Notes: generated by a model from the sequence alone, not told the origin. A stretch of DNA of 63,121 nt from Rhizobium sp. Q54 (GCA_945875875.1 CAMCMI010000001.1:1-63121), one strand, 5' to 3'; shown: positions 29,940-39,096, counted from the first letter of the stretch. Numbers and translations: made by a program.

Positions 29940-30962
29940 ATGATGTCCGGGGCCTATTCCAAGTTTCTTCTGGGCTGCGCTGCGACGCTGTTAACTGCGG
30001 CTCCAGCTTTTGCGCAGGCGCCTTCGTTTGAGGGCAAGACCGTGCGCATCGTTGTGGGCTTTGCACCTGGCGGCGGGTATGATTCCTATGCGCGTTTGCT
30101 GTCGCGCTCCATGGGGGCGCACCTGCCGGGCAAGCCTAACATCGTGGTGGAGAACATGCCCGGCGCTGGCTCATTGACGGCTGTGCGCTGGCTGGACGGC
30201 CCTGCGCCCAAGGACGGCACGGCCATCGTCGCCTTCAATCCCGGCCTTATCACGCAATCGGTGCTTGAGCCTGAAAAGATCGGCAATGTGAACTTTCTCA
30301 ATTTCGCGTGGATCGGCAACATGGCCCGCGATCAACGCGTTTGCTATTTGTGGGCGGAAAAAGGCGTGAAAACGTTCGATGAGTTCCGCGCCAAAAAGGG
30401 CTGGAACTTCGGCACAACTGGCGTTGGCGTCTCCAATTGGGTGAATTTCAAAACCCTTCAGGGGCTATTTGACGTCGATATGAAAATCATTACCGGCTTC
30501 CGTGGTTCGGGCGAGCAGCGCATCGCCATCGAGCGCGGCGAGGTCGATGGCGATTGCGGCTCATGGTCTTCGATCTCGCAGGACTGGATCGACAACAAAA
30601 AGATCATCACGATCCTGAAATTGTCGAAGGAACTGCCGCCGGGCGCGCCCAACGAGGTTCCCTACGCCAACGACATCGCCAAAAACGACGCAGACCGCGC
30701 CGTGCTCAACGTCATCAACGGCGCTGGCGAAATTGGTCGTCCGATCATCGCCTCAAAGCAGGTTCCCGCCGAAATTCAGGCGGTTCTGCGCAAGGCCTTC
30801 AATGCGGCGCTGGCCGAAAAGGGGGCGCAGGACGAAGCCGCCAAAATGCGCCTGCCGCTGCAACCCATGCCCGCCGACGAAGTGGTGGCCGAGCTGAAGC
30901 AGATTTACGACGCGCCGGCGGAAGCGGTGAAGCGTGCGCGCGCGATCGTCTCCGAGAAATAA
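29940..30962 (+). CDS. Orphan TctC/Bug family substrate-binding protein
   Basis: FEGKTVRIVVGFAPGGGYD, ENMPGAGS, IERGEVDG. Confidence 0.9.
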   Translation: MMSGAYSKFLLGCAATLLTAAPAFAQAPSFEGKTVRIVVGFAPGGGYDSYARLLSRSMGAHLPGKPNIVVENMPGAGSLTAVRWLDGPAPKDGTAIVAFNPGLITQSVLEPEKIGNVNFLNFAWIGNMARDQRVCYLWAEKGVKTFDEFRAKKGWNFGTTGVGVSNWVNFKTLQGLFDVDMKIITGFRGSGEQRIAIERGEVDGDCGSWSSISQDWIDNKKIITILKLSKELPPGAPNEVPYANDIAKNDADRAVLNVINGAGEIGRPIIASKQVPAEIQAVLRKAFNAALAEKGAQDEAAKMRLPLQPMPADEVVAELKQIYDAPAEAVKRARAIVSEK

Positions 30963-30969
30963 AATAAGC

Positions 30970-31004
30970 AGAGCGCGCGGGAAGCAAAACCCGCGCGCTC
31001 TTTT
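30970..31004 (+). terminator. Rho-independent terminator
   Basis: AGAGCGCGCGGG-N8-CCCGCGCGCTCT followed by T run. Confidence 0.75.
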
Positions 31005-31040
31005 CAGACCCAGAGATGCGTGTGGTCCCAGGACGCTGCT

Positions 31041-31568
31041 TTATGCAGCCTCAACGATGCTGTCGCGGAACTTGCGGAAGCGATAGCGCGGCAACGCGTC
31101 AAGATCGGTTCCGGTGATGCGGATCACCCATGATTTTCCCGGATGTTCCGTCGAATGGATCATCCCCGGCCCATAGCCGCGCGTCTGGCCCGGCCCGATG
31201 TCATAGGCCTCGCTCACCTGTAAGGTGGCGGCTTCTTCGCTGATCGGATTCACGCGCACATATTCGGTCATTCGCGTCACGCCGGTCGCGTTTCCGTAGA
31301 TCGCCCATGAATCGCCATGGCTGTGCGGCGTACCCTTCTTGCCGCCCTCCTGCACATGAGCGAGCACATAGAAATCCAGCTCGGGATCGTGAAACAGCTC
31401 TTTCTTGCCAGCCGGGTCGTCGGGCGAAAACGCCGTTTGTACGAAGGTCGGATCATTGAGCAAATCGCGAAGGCGCGCTGCGATGGCGTCCAGCGCTTCC
31501 GACAGCGGCTTGCCTGATGTCAGAGCGTGGCGGGCGTCCTTGCAAAAGGCGTCTAGCGTGATGGTCAT
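31041..31568 (-). CDS. Cupin-fold protein, cysteine/thiol-dioxygenase-like
   Basis: PHSHGDSWAIYG and later IHS (3-His pattern); RBS GGGAG before MTITL. Confidence 0.7.
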   Translation of the reverse strand: MTITLDAFCKDARHALTSGKPLSEALDAIAARLRDLLNDPTFVQTAFSPDDPAGKKELFHDPELDFYVLAHVQEGGKKGTPHSHGDSWAIYGNATGVTRMTEYVRVNPISEEAATLQVSEAYDIGPGQTRGYGPGMIHSTEHPGKSWVIRITGTDLDALPRYRFRKFRDSIVEAA

Positions 31569-31760
31569 GTCGTTCTCCCTAATGGATTGAATTTGGAGCA
31601 TTGGTGCGTGCAATGCGGCGCCAAGTCAAATGAGCGCTTGTTCAATCTGCTCTCGCGCCGCCTTCGTTTCCTTAAAAGGAACGAGTTGCTTTAGTTTTGA
31701 ATATTGCTAGCTTGCATCAATAATCAACGCGGTTAACGGCGTTTTGTTGTACGGAACAGG

Positions 31761-32543
31761 GTGGGCCGATATATGGGCGAGCTTAGGCGGCCTTTCTCGA
31801 AGGCCATTGCAGTGTTGCGCTGGCTTGTCGATACGGCGCACGGATCTTACGGCGTGCGGGAAATATCTGCAGCCATGGGCGCACCTGTCACGACCACGCA
31901 CAGGGCTTTGAGCGCGCTGCTTCAGGAAGGTCTTGTCGAGAAAGACGAAGCCAATCGTTATGCGCTCAGCCTTGAGGCTTATCGCCTTGGCCTGGCGTTG
32001 GCGCCAAAATCGCCATGGCGCGAGGTCTGTCTCCCGCTGGTGCGCCGGGCTGCGCGCGAGACTGGCGAGACCTCGGCTTTCTCAATTCTCGATCCCGTCA
32101 GGCTGCAAAGGTTCACCGCCGCGCGCATGGAATCCGATCATGCGGTGACGGTGGTTGATCGCGGACATTGGAAGCCGCTGCATGCGGGCGCAAGCGGCCT
32201 TGCGCTGCTGGCGTTTCTGGATGAGGCCACGCAAGCCGAAGTGCTGGCGAGCCGCGAGATGGCGCGCGAAACTTCGCAGACAATTGTTGACCCGCTAGAA
32301 TTGCGCAACAGCATCGCCGCCGTGCGCACAAGGGGGTATGCAATCACGCGGGGCCAACGCATTCCCGGCGTTGTGGGCATCGCTGCGCCAGTGTTTTATC
32401 CCGACGGCGGATTGCTCGGCAGCATGTATGTCAGCGTTCCGGAGCAGCGCTTTGACGAGCACCGCGAGGAGCCGATCTCAACCGTGCTGCTGGCCTGTTG
32501 CAGCGCCTTCACCCGGCAATTGTCCAACCCGCTGCCCGGCTGA
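31761..32543 (+). CDS. IclR family transcriptional regulator
   Basis: N-terminal HTH (TTTHRAL), PLHAGASG, VRTRGYA, GIAAPVF. Confidence 0.93.
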   Translation: MGRYMGELRRPFSKAIAVLRWLVDTAHGSYGVREISAAMGAPVTTTHRALSALLQEGLVEKDEANRYALSLEAYRLGLALAPKSPWREVCLPLVRRAARETGETSAFSILDPVRLQRFTAARMESDHAVTVVDRGHWKPLHAGASGLALLAFLDEATQAEVLASREMARETSQTIVDPLELRNSIAAVRTRGYAITRGQRIPGVVGIAAPVFYPDGGLLGSMYVSVPEQRFDEHREEPISTVLLACCSAFTRQLSNPLPG

Positions 32544-32557
32544 GTCCCGCGCATGTT

Positions 32558-33055
32558 TCATGCGCCTTGCGGCAGCATCGTCCATGCGTCGAACGTCGCA
32601 GCCTGCCCCAGAGCGCGACCATCCGCGTCGCTGACGTTCCACACAATGGCGCGGGCGATTTTAAAGCGCCTGCCATTGGCGCTGATGCGCACGCCGGAAT
32701 AATTGTCGATATAGCCCTGCCGCGCGACAATCTCGAGCAGGGCTGCGCGGGCCTCGACCAGCACCGGCTCGGCGGTAAGGCGCGAGGGAATTTGCGTGAA
32801 AGCTTCAAAATCCCGCTCGCACAGCTCCAGTGCGACCCCATTGCCGAAATTCAGCACCGGATCGGCCTCGCATCCATGCGAGAGCACTGCGAACGGCGCA
32901 TCATAGAGCGCCATGGCCTCGCTTGCTGCGTCAGGTCCGGGCGGCGTCAGGTCGGTCCCGAGCAAAGCGTGAAACGAGGTCCGCAACGCACGGACATGGG
33001 CGGCCAATGCAGGGCGCTGTTGCAGAAGCTGCCGGGCCTCGAGCGAATGGAGCAT
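32558..33055 (-). CDS. Stand-alone MEKHLA (PAS-like) domain protein
   Basis: LYDAPFAVLSH, DPVLNFGN, PSRLTAEP, YSGVRISANGRRF, VWNV, GQAATF. Confidence 0.9.
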   Translation of the reverse strand: MLHSLEARQLLQQRPALAAHVRALRTSFHALLGTDLTPPGPDAASEAMALYDAPFAVLSHGCEADPVLNFGNGVALELCERDFEAFTQIPSRLTAEPVLVEARAALLEIVARQGYIDNYSGVRISANGRRFKIARAIVWNVSDADGRALGQAATFDAWTMLPQGA

Positions 33056-33172
33056 GCGAATCCTTCGGGGGCGAATCCGTTTGTGGTGTTGCGCGCTTAA
33101 GCTCCCTGATCGCACGCCTTGACGCAACCGGCGCCGGGACGTCGAATAGCTGACAGGTAAAACACAAACTAA

Positions 33173-33196
33173 ATCAATATCTTGTATTGATACAAG
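33173..33196. promoter_or_regulatory. Overlapping operator-like palindromes
   Basis: ATCAATA-N5-TATTGAT overlapping CTTGTAT-tg-ATACAAG in the AT-rich divergent intergenic region. Confidence 0.6.
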
Positions 33197-33265
33197 GACT
33201 GGCCCGTCGATTGCTACCTTTCCCTGCACGCACCTTTTCAGGTTGCGACAGGGAGCTGCCGGGCC

Positions 33266-33514
33266 ATGTTGATCGAGCCGTTGAAAGCCTTCCTCTTTGG
33301 AGAGATTCAGAAGGTGGACATTCACTGCCGATGTGAAATCGTCGGGCGGCGCCTGCATGAGCGCGTCAGTGCGGATCTTGGCCGGGTGCGCCGATCTGTT
33401 CCGGTCTCCATGCTGCCGGCTGGCGACGTGGATTATGCTTTGGTCCATTACACGGCGGGTTTGCTGCGCCCGGCGCACGCGGATGTAATGGTGTTTGACG
33501 CAGGAACCGCGTAA
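33266..33514 (+). CDS. Small hypothetical protein (82 aa)
   Basis: ATG preceded by GGGAG; fills an otherwise empty gap; no recognisable motif. Confidence 0.4.
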   Translation: MLIEPLKAFLFGEIQKVDIHCRCEIVGRRLHERVSADLGRVRRSVPVSMLPAGDVDYALVHYTAGLLRPAHADVMVFDAGTA

Positions 33515-33529
33515 CCAGCGCTTAACCAT
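33511..33529 (+). promoter_or_regulatory. CtrA-like binding site
   Basis: GTAA-ccagcgc-TTAACCAT resembles TTAA-N7-TTAAC with one mismatch. Confidence 0.55.
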
Positions 33530-33632
33530 TTTGCGGCTGCGGCCTAACCCAAGCTTGCCGCCGTCGCCCTGATATGAAATTCTGAAGGTCGATGAGGGCG
33601 TTCCCCGATTTTCGGGCTCTGGCGACTGTTAA

Positions 33633-34037
33633 ATGGGCAAGCACGGATCCAGCAAAAATCTGCCGGCGCTCGTGGGGCGATCGGATGACGTGGAATTTTA
33701 TTCCGCGCGCGCCGACTCGTCGCAAAATGAATCATTTCATCAGGAACCGCCGATTGAGATCGTTATCGATTCCCGGCAACTCAAAGAAAAGATCATTGAT
33801 TATCTGGGGGCCGTTCTCGCACAATGCTGGATCGACCGCAGCCTGATCGACCGCATCGACGCCGACCCGCACCGCGCCCTGCGCAGCCTTGGCATCCTTT
33901 TACCGGATGAGATCGACATCAAGGTCGAGCGCTCCAACAAGTCGCGTCCGCGTCTTGTGATTTATGAGTACAACCAGTCGCGCTCGTTCCGTCGGCGCAT
34001 CTGCTATCTCCAGCTCATCATGATGGCGGGCCAATAA
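33633..34037 (+). CDS. Hypothetical protein with nitrile-hydratase-leader (NHLP)-like segment
   Basis: LAQCWIDRSLIDRIDADPHRALRSLGILLPDEIDIKV resembles AW.D..F...L..DP..AL...G..LP....I.V; followed by a terminator. Confidence 0.7.
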   Translation: MGKHGSSKNLPALVGRSDDVEFYSARADSSQNESFHQEPPIEIVIDSRQLKEKIIDYLGAVLAQCWIDRSLIDRIDADPHRALRSLGILLPDEIDIKVERSNKSRPRLVIYEYNQSRSFRRRICYLQLIMMAGQ

Positions 34038-34093
34038 GCCCAGCTTCGTCGCTAATGGCCTGGCTGATCGGGCAGCTCTGACGTTTCTGGTCC

Positions 34094-34132
34094 ATGCCTG
34101 CGCGCAGATATGCGCGCAGGCATTCTTGTTTT
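34094..34132 (+). terminator. Terminator hairpin between convergent genes
   Basis: ATGCCTGCGCGCA-gata-TGCGCGCAGGCAT then TCTTGTTTT. Confidence 0.75.
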
Positions 34133-34145
34133 AGCCTTTCAGGCC

Positions 34146-36380
34146 TCAGGCGCCCAGACCCGCCTTGACGCGATCGGGCGTCAGCGGAAGGCGCCGGAAG
34201 CGCACGCCGACAGCGTCGAACGCAGCATTGGCGAGGGCGGCGCCAGTGGGGCCCTGCGAGGCCTCGCCGGTGCCCAGGAAAGGCGCGCCGGGACGGTCGA
34301 TCAGCGCGACCTCGATGGACGGCACTTCGTTGAAGGTCAGGATTGGATAGCTCGCCCAATCCTGCGACGTGACGCCCGTGTCGTCGAACTTCACTTCTTC
34401 CTTCAGCGTCCAGCTGAGCGACTGGATCAGGCCGCCTTCGATCTGGTTGCGCACGCCGTCGGGGCTGACGATGTGCCCGCTGTCGGCGGCCGCTGCTGCG
34501 CGCAGCACGCGGATGCGTCCGTTGCGCTTGTTGACCTCGACCTCAAGAGCCACCGCGCAATAACCCGCGATATTCTTGTACTTGGCGAAACCGATGCCGC
34601 GTCCCCGTCCCTCGCGTTTTTTCCACTTGTCCCAACCAAAGAGTTCAGCGGCTTTCACGATCACGTCGCGCGCGCGCTCGTCCTTCATGAAGCGCAGGCG
34701 ATATTGCACCGGGTCCACGCCTGCCGCCACCGCCAGCTCGTCGATGAAGGATTCAATCGCGAACACGTTGGCGTAGGCGCCAAGGCCGCGCGTCGAGGAG
34801 ACGCGCAGCGGCATTTCGGTAATGAAATGCGTCAGCACGTTGTGGCCGGGGAAATCGTAAAGCGCGATGGCGTTGCGGTCGGCTGCGAAGTTCGGCCCGC
34901 CATTGTTCTGGGGCGTTGGGATCGCGAACGGCTTTTCGAGATAGCGCGCCGACAGCAGATTGCCCGGGTTCTTGTTGGGCCGCGTGCCGTGCGGCGTCGA
35001 CCACAAATGCAGATCCCAATCAAGCACGTTGCCGTCCTTGTCGAGGCCTGCTTTTGCTTTCATCACCATGGCCGAGCCGTAGGGCTCCCAGCGATGTTCG
35101 CCCTCGCGGGTGTATTGCAGGCGGATGGGCTTGCCGGGCATGGCTGCGGCCAGCAGGGCCGCGTCGGCAGCTGCGTCGTCGGCCATGTTATGGCCGTAGC
35201 AGCCCGAGCCCTGAACGTGCTGGCAGCGGACTTTCGAGACTTCGAGCCCGAGCATCTTGGCGATGGCTTCCGCCGTCTCGAACACAGACTGGCTATGCGT
35301 CTGGATCGTCATCACGCCGTCGGCGCCCATGGTGGCGACAGCCGCAGACGTGCCGATGGAGGCATGCATGTGATAGGGGCGATAATAGGTCGCCTCCATC
35401 GTCTTGACGGCTGGATCGCCGCCAGCGCGCGGTTGTTTCTTTGTTTCGATGATGCGCGCGGGCTTGGTCGTCGTCAGCCAGTCCGGCATCCCGTCATTGC
35501 CGGGCAGGCCTTTCTCGACATCCCACTTGGCCGCATTGAAAAGCGCCTGCGCCGCAGCGTTGGCCTGCTCTTCGCGTTCGGCTATCACGCCCAGAAAGCT
35601 GCCCGAGCGCACGACCTTCACGACGCCGGGCATTTTCTCGACGGCGCTTGAATCAAGCGAGGCGAGTTTGGCCTTGTAGGTTGGCGGGCGCGTCACCTGC
35701 CCGTAAAGCATGCCCTTGGGGCGCAGCTCGTGGACGAAGATTTCCTCGCCCAGCATTTTGGCTGGAATGTCGAGGCGCGGCACGTCCTTGCCCACATAGC
35801 GATAATCTTTCGCAGCTTTGGGCTTCACCGCGCCAGTGGCTTCGCGCTCAAGCGCCTGTCCCACAGCCAGATCCCAATAGGACACGGAGCCCGCGCCCGG
35901 CGCTGATACGAGTCCGTCTTTCACGGTGAGCTTGTCGGCGGGAACTTTAAGTTTCTCTGCGGCCAGATCGAGCATGATCTTGCGCGCCTCGGCGGAAGCC
36001 TGCCGCACGGCGGGGCCACAATTGGGCATCGAGAACGAGCCCGCCGTCACGCCTTCATTGGGCACGAGCGCAGTATCGCCGGAGACGACCTTCAATTGCT
36101 TCCAGTCGATGTCGAGTTCATCAGCGCAGATTTGCGCGACGGCGGTCAGGATGCCCTGCCCGAGCTCGACCTTGCCGATCAGCAAAGTGACGGTCTTGTC
36201 GGCATTGATTTGAATCCACGCGCCGATCTTGCGCACGGAATTGAGATCGCCCGGCAGGCGCGGCTTGTCGCCTGCAGGCGCTTGCGCCAGAGCGTCAATG
36301 GCGGGAATTGAGAAGGCGAGCGATATGTAACCAGCGCCCTGCAACAGGCGGCGGCGATCCATCAGGAGGGTGTTGGTCAT
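34146..36380 (-). CDS. Xanthine-dehydrogenase-family molybdopterin-binding subunit (IorB/NicB-like) with Tat signal
   Basis: DRRRLLQG twin-arginine, GKVELGQG, VSGDT, GSGCYGHN, NQIEGG, GTGEA. Confidence 0.92.
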   Translation of the reverse strand: MTNTLLMDRRRLLQGAGYISLAFSIPAIDALAQAPAGDKPRLPGDLNSVRKIGAWIQINADKTVTLLIGKVELGQGILTAVAQICADELDIDWKQLKVVSGDTALVPNEGVTAGSFSMPNCGPAVRQASAEARKIMLDLAAEKLKVPADKLTVKDGLVSAPGAGSVSYWDLAVGQALEREATGAVKPKAAKDYRYVGKDVPRLDIPAKMLGEEIFVHELRPKGMLYGQVTRPPTYKAKLASLDSSAVEKMPGVVKVVRSGSFLGVIAEREEQANAAAQALFNAAKWDVEKGLPGNDGMPDWLTTTKPARIIETKKQPRAGGDPAVKTMEATYYRPYHMHASIGTSAAVATMGADGVMTIQTHSQSVFETAEAIAKMLGLEVSKVRCQHVQGSGCYGHNMADDAAADAALLAAAMPGKPIRLQYTREGEHRWEPYGSAMVMKAKAGLDKDGNVLDWDLHLWSTPHGTRPNKNPGNLLSARYLEKPFAIPTPQNNGGPNFAADRNAIALYDFPGHNVLTHFITEMPLRVSSTRGLGAYANVFAIESFIDELAVAAGVDPVQYRLRFMKDERARDVIVKAAELFGWDKWKKREGRGRGIGFAKYKNIAGYCAVALEVEVNKRNGRIRVLRAAAAADSGHIVSPDGVRNQIEGGLIQSLSWTLKEEVKFDDTGVTSQDWASYPILTFNEVPSIEVALIDRPGAPFLGTGEASQGPTGAALANAAFDAVGVRFRRLPLTPDRVKAGLGA

Positions 36381-36382
36381 GT

Positions 36383-36838
36383 TCAGGCCTCCCTGGCGGC
36401 GCGCAGCACGGCGCGCACGATGCGGTTATGAGCGCCGCAGCGGCACAAATTGCCGTTGAGCGAAGTGCGGACGTCTGATTCGGTGGGCTGGGGATTGCGG
36501 TCGAGCAGCGCCTGGGCCTGCATGATCATGCCGGCGGCGCAGAAGCCGCATTGGGCGGCCTGTTCGTCGATAAACGCCTGTTGCAGCTTGCTGGGCTTGC
36601 CGCCTTCGCGCAGGCCCTCAAGCGTCACGACCGAGCGGCCCGCCACGGCTGAAAGGGCGGTCTGGCAGGAGCGCACCGGCTCGCCGTCCACGATCACCGT
36701 GCAGGCGCCGCATTGGGATTTGCCGCAGCCGTATTTCACGCCGTTTACGCCAAGGTCATTGGCGAGAACGAACAACAGGGGAGACGTTGCGGGCGCATCC
36801 GTGCGAACGTCTTTCTGGTTAAGTTTGAAGGCGGTCAT
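36383..36838 (-). CDS. (2Fe-2S)-binding subunit (IorA/NicA-like)
   Basis: GCGKSQCGACTV, QCGFC, NLCRCG. Confidence 0.95.
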   Translation of the reverse strand: MTAFKLNQKDVRTDAPATSPLLFVLANDLGVNGVKYGCGKSQCGACTVIVDGEPVRSCQTALSAVAGRSVVTLEGLREGGKPSKLQQAFIDEQAAQCGFCAAGMIMQAQALLDRNPQPTESDVRTSLNGNLCRCGAHNRIVRAVLRAAREA

Positions 36839-37012
36839 TTTTCCTCCTCTGGAATTTTATTATGTTCAGACTATTTCAGCGGCAAAGTGCGAGCAAGAGT
36901 TAGAAATACGCTATTTGCAGCGTTTAGCGGTTATTAACCACAAACTTGTACCGTCCAACGATTCATGTCGTCGCTTTTGCGCGCCGCCGCCATTTTATTT
37001 TTGAAGAATGAC

Positions 37013-37705
37013 ATGCGCCTTTCCATCATCATTCCCTGTTTCAACGAACGCGCCACTATTGAGCAATTGCTTGATCGCGTCGCCGCCTGCCCGCACGAAC
37101 CCAAGGACATCGTCGTCGTCGACGACGGCTCCAGCGACGGCACGGGGCAATTGCTTCTCGAGCTCGCCAAGACGCGTGATTTCCGGCTCTTTTCGCATGA
37201 GAAAAATCAGGGCAAGGGCGCGGCCATCCGCACGGGCATTGCGGAAGCTTTGGGCGATATCGTCATCGTGCAGGACGCTGACCTTGAATATGATCCGCAG
37301 GAAATTCCCAAAGTCATAGCGCCCATTCTCGATGGCCGCGCCGATGTGGTCTATGGCTCGCGCTTCATCGGCGGGGAGGCGCATCGCGTTTTGTATTTCT
37401 GGCACCGTGTCGGCAATGGCGTGCTGACGTTATTGTCGAACATGCTCACTGATCTCAACCTCACTGATATGGAAACCTGCTACAAGGCGTTCCGGTCTGA
37501 CATCATAAAGAAGATCACCATTGAGGAAGAGCGCTTCGGCTTTGAGCCGGAAGTGACGACCAAGCTCTCACGTATCCCGGGCGTTCGCATTTATGAAGTG
37601 GGCATCTCGTATTCGGGGCGCACATACGCGGAGGGCAAGAAGATCGGCATGAAAGACGGCTTCCGCGCGATCTATTGCATGTTTAAATACCGCTTCCGGA
37701 CCTAG
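37013..37705 (+). CDS. Glycosyltransferase family 2 (polyprenol-phosphate sugar synthase-like)
   Basis: IIPCFNE, VDDGSSDG, NQGKG, QDADLEYDP, GSRF, TDMETCYK. Confidence 0.93.
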   Translation: MRLSIIIPCFNERATIEQLLDRVAACPHEPKDIVVVDDGSSDGTGQLLLELAKTRDFRLFSHEKNQGKGAAIRTGIAEALGDIVIVQDADLEYDPQEIPKVIAPILDGRADVVYGSRFIGGEAHRVLYFWHRVGNGVLTLLSNMLTDLNLTDMETCYKAFRSDIIKKITIEEERFGFEPEVTTKLSRIPGVRIYEVGISYSGRTYAEGKKIGMKDGFRAIYCMFKYRFRT

Positions 37706-37713
37706 GGCAAAGC

Positions 37714-39003
37714 ATGAATTTGTCCCAGCGCGACCGCGTTAACGTGGCGGCCATTGAGCGTTATGTTGGCGAGGCTTTGCGCGAGCTTTGTCATCCCTGG
37801 ACGGTATCGCTGGCACGCGCGGCGCTCTTTATTGTTGTCTTGCTGAGCCTGCTTCTGTGTATCGCCCTCCTTGGCCTTGTATGGTCCGTGAACGAGACCG
37901 GCGTCTCGAAATTCCACGGCAAGGCGCCATCGTGGGATTTCACCAATCTCTGGATGGGCGCGAGGCTCGCCCTTTCCGGCCTGATCGCAGTGTTGTTCGA
38001 CGTAGAGGCCTATCGCGCCGCCATTGATCGCGACGTCGTGAAGTTTTTAGCCGTCAGCGAATGGTCTTATCCGCCGCCAATGTTGCTTGTTGGAGCGCCG
38101 TTCGCCTATTTGCCGTTAAATGTGGCGCATGTTCTCTGGACAATCGTGACGCTGGCTCTGTTTATGGGCGTGTTTCGCGCCGCAGGCGGCTCTGTCGCTT
38201 TATGCGCGCTGATGGTCATGAGCCCGGCGGCGATGTTTAATATGGGTTTTGGACAAAATGGCGCTCTGACGGCGGCTTTGCTCATTGGTGGCCTCGTGGC
38301 GTCTGATCGACGGGCTCTTTTAGGCGGCGCGCTCATTGGCTTGTTGATTATCAAGCCCCATGCAGCGCTACTTGCGCCGGTGTGTTTTCTGGCGGCGCGC
38401 AATTATACAGCGTTTTTTGCAGCGGCGCTGTCCGTGTGCCTGATCGTGCTCGTCAGCATCGCCGCTTTTGGAATGGAGGCCTGGGTCGGATTTTTCAAGA
38501 TCACGTCTCCGTTGATGGTCTCCTATCTGGAGGAGGCGTATCTTTCCCTTTATCAACAAAGCGGCGTTTCGGTCTTTCTTTTCGCCCGTTCTCTGGGCGC
38601 AGATCTGCCGACCGCCTATGCGGTTCAGGCGGTTATTGCGATTGCGGCGATTGCCGTGACGTGGTTGATGTGGCGCCGCCCGACGCACGAGCCCTTGCTG
38701 CGCGCCGCCGCCACCGGCGTGCTGACCCTTCTCGTTACGCCCTACGGGTACACCTATGAGCTGTTTTGTCTGCCGCTTGCGGGCCTCTTGCTGGCGATGC
38801 GCACGCAATGGCGGTCAGTTCCCGCGATGCTGGTCTTGATGTTGAGCTGGGCCTGGCCGTCGATCTGTTCCATCGTAACGGTCAATTTCCTGCCGATCAC
38901 GCCTTTCGTCGTCGCACTCGTCGCATGGGCTTGCTGGCGGGCGTTGCAAGAGAACGAAGACCGGGAGAACGAAGACCGGGAACGAGATAAAACCAAAGCT
39001 TGA
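37714..39003 (+). CDS. Membrane GT-C glycosyltransferase (GT87/DUF2029-like)
   Basis: DF..LW, YPPPML, FGQNG, IKPH, TPY..YE motifs, many TM helices. Confidence 0.85.
   Translation: MNLSQRDRVNVAAIERYVGEALRELCHPWTVSLARAALFIVVLLSLLLCIALLGLVWSVNETGVSKFHGKAPSWDFTNLWMGARLALSGLIAVLFDVEAYRAAIDRDVVKFLAVSEWSYPPPMLLVGAPFAYLPLNVAHVLWTIVTLALFMGVFRAAGGSVALCALMVMSPAAMFNMGFGQNGALTAALLIGGLVASDRRALLGGALIGLLIIKPHAALLAPVCFLAARNYTAFFAAALSVCLIVLVSIAAFGMEAWVGFFKITSPLMVSYLEEAYLSLYQQSGVSVFLFARSLGADLPTAYAVQAVIAIAAIAVTWLMWRRPTHEPLLRAAATGVLTLLVTPYGYTYELFCLPLAGLLLAMRTQWRSVPAMLVLMLSWAWPSICSIVTVNFLPITPFVVALVAWACWRALQENEDRENEDRERDKTKA
38950..38979 (+). repeat. 15-bp tandem duplication in GT87 C-terminus
   Basis: GAGAACGAAGACCGG x2 (ENEDR-ENEDR). 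Confidence 0.85.
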
Positions 39004-39096
39004 AATGGGAGACGCCGCGCTGGACCGGCGGCCTCCGTGTGGCTATGTTCAGCCCTGAAGAGACGGCGAAACAGTCGTCCAAACGGGGAGGGCGGC

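Noticed and set aside
32558-33529. 323-aa version of the MEKHLA ORF
   Set aside because: The upstream extension crosses an AT-rich regulatory spacer and lacks protein-like character; the domain starts near 33055
33633-34037. RiPP (NHLP/proteusin) biosynthetic cluster
   Set aside because: No core peptide, GG motif, YcaO, radical SAM, LanM or peptidase-transporter nearby
34110-35651. Long antisense or alternate-frame ORFs (e.g. 951..2009, 2851..4056, 34110..35651, 49147..50328, 57603..58757)
   Set aside because: Shadows of well-supported genes in GC-rich DNA; no recognisable motifs
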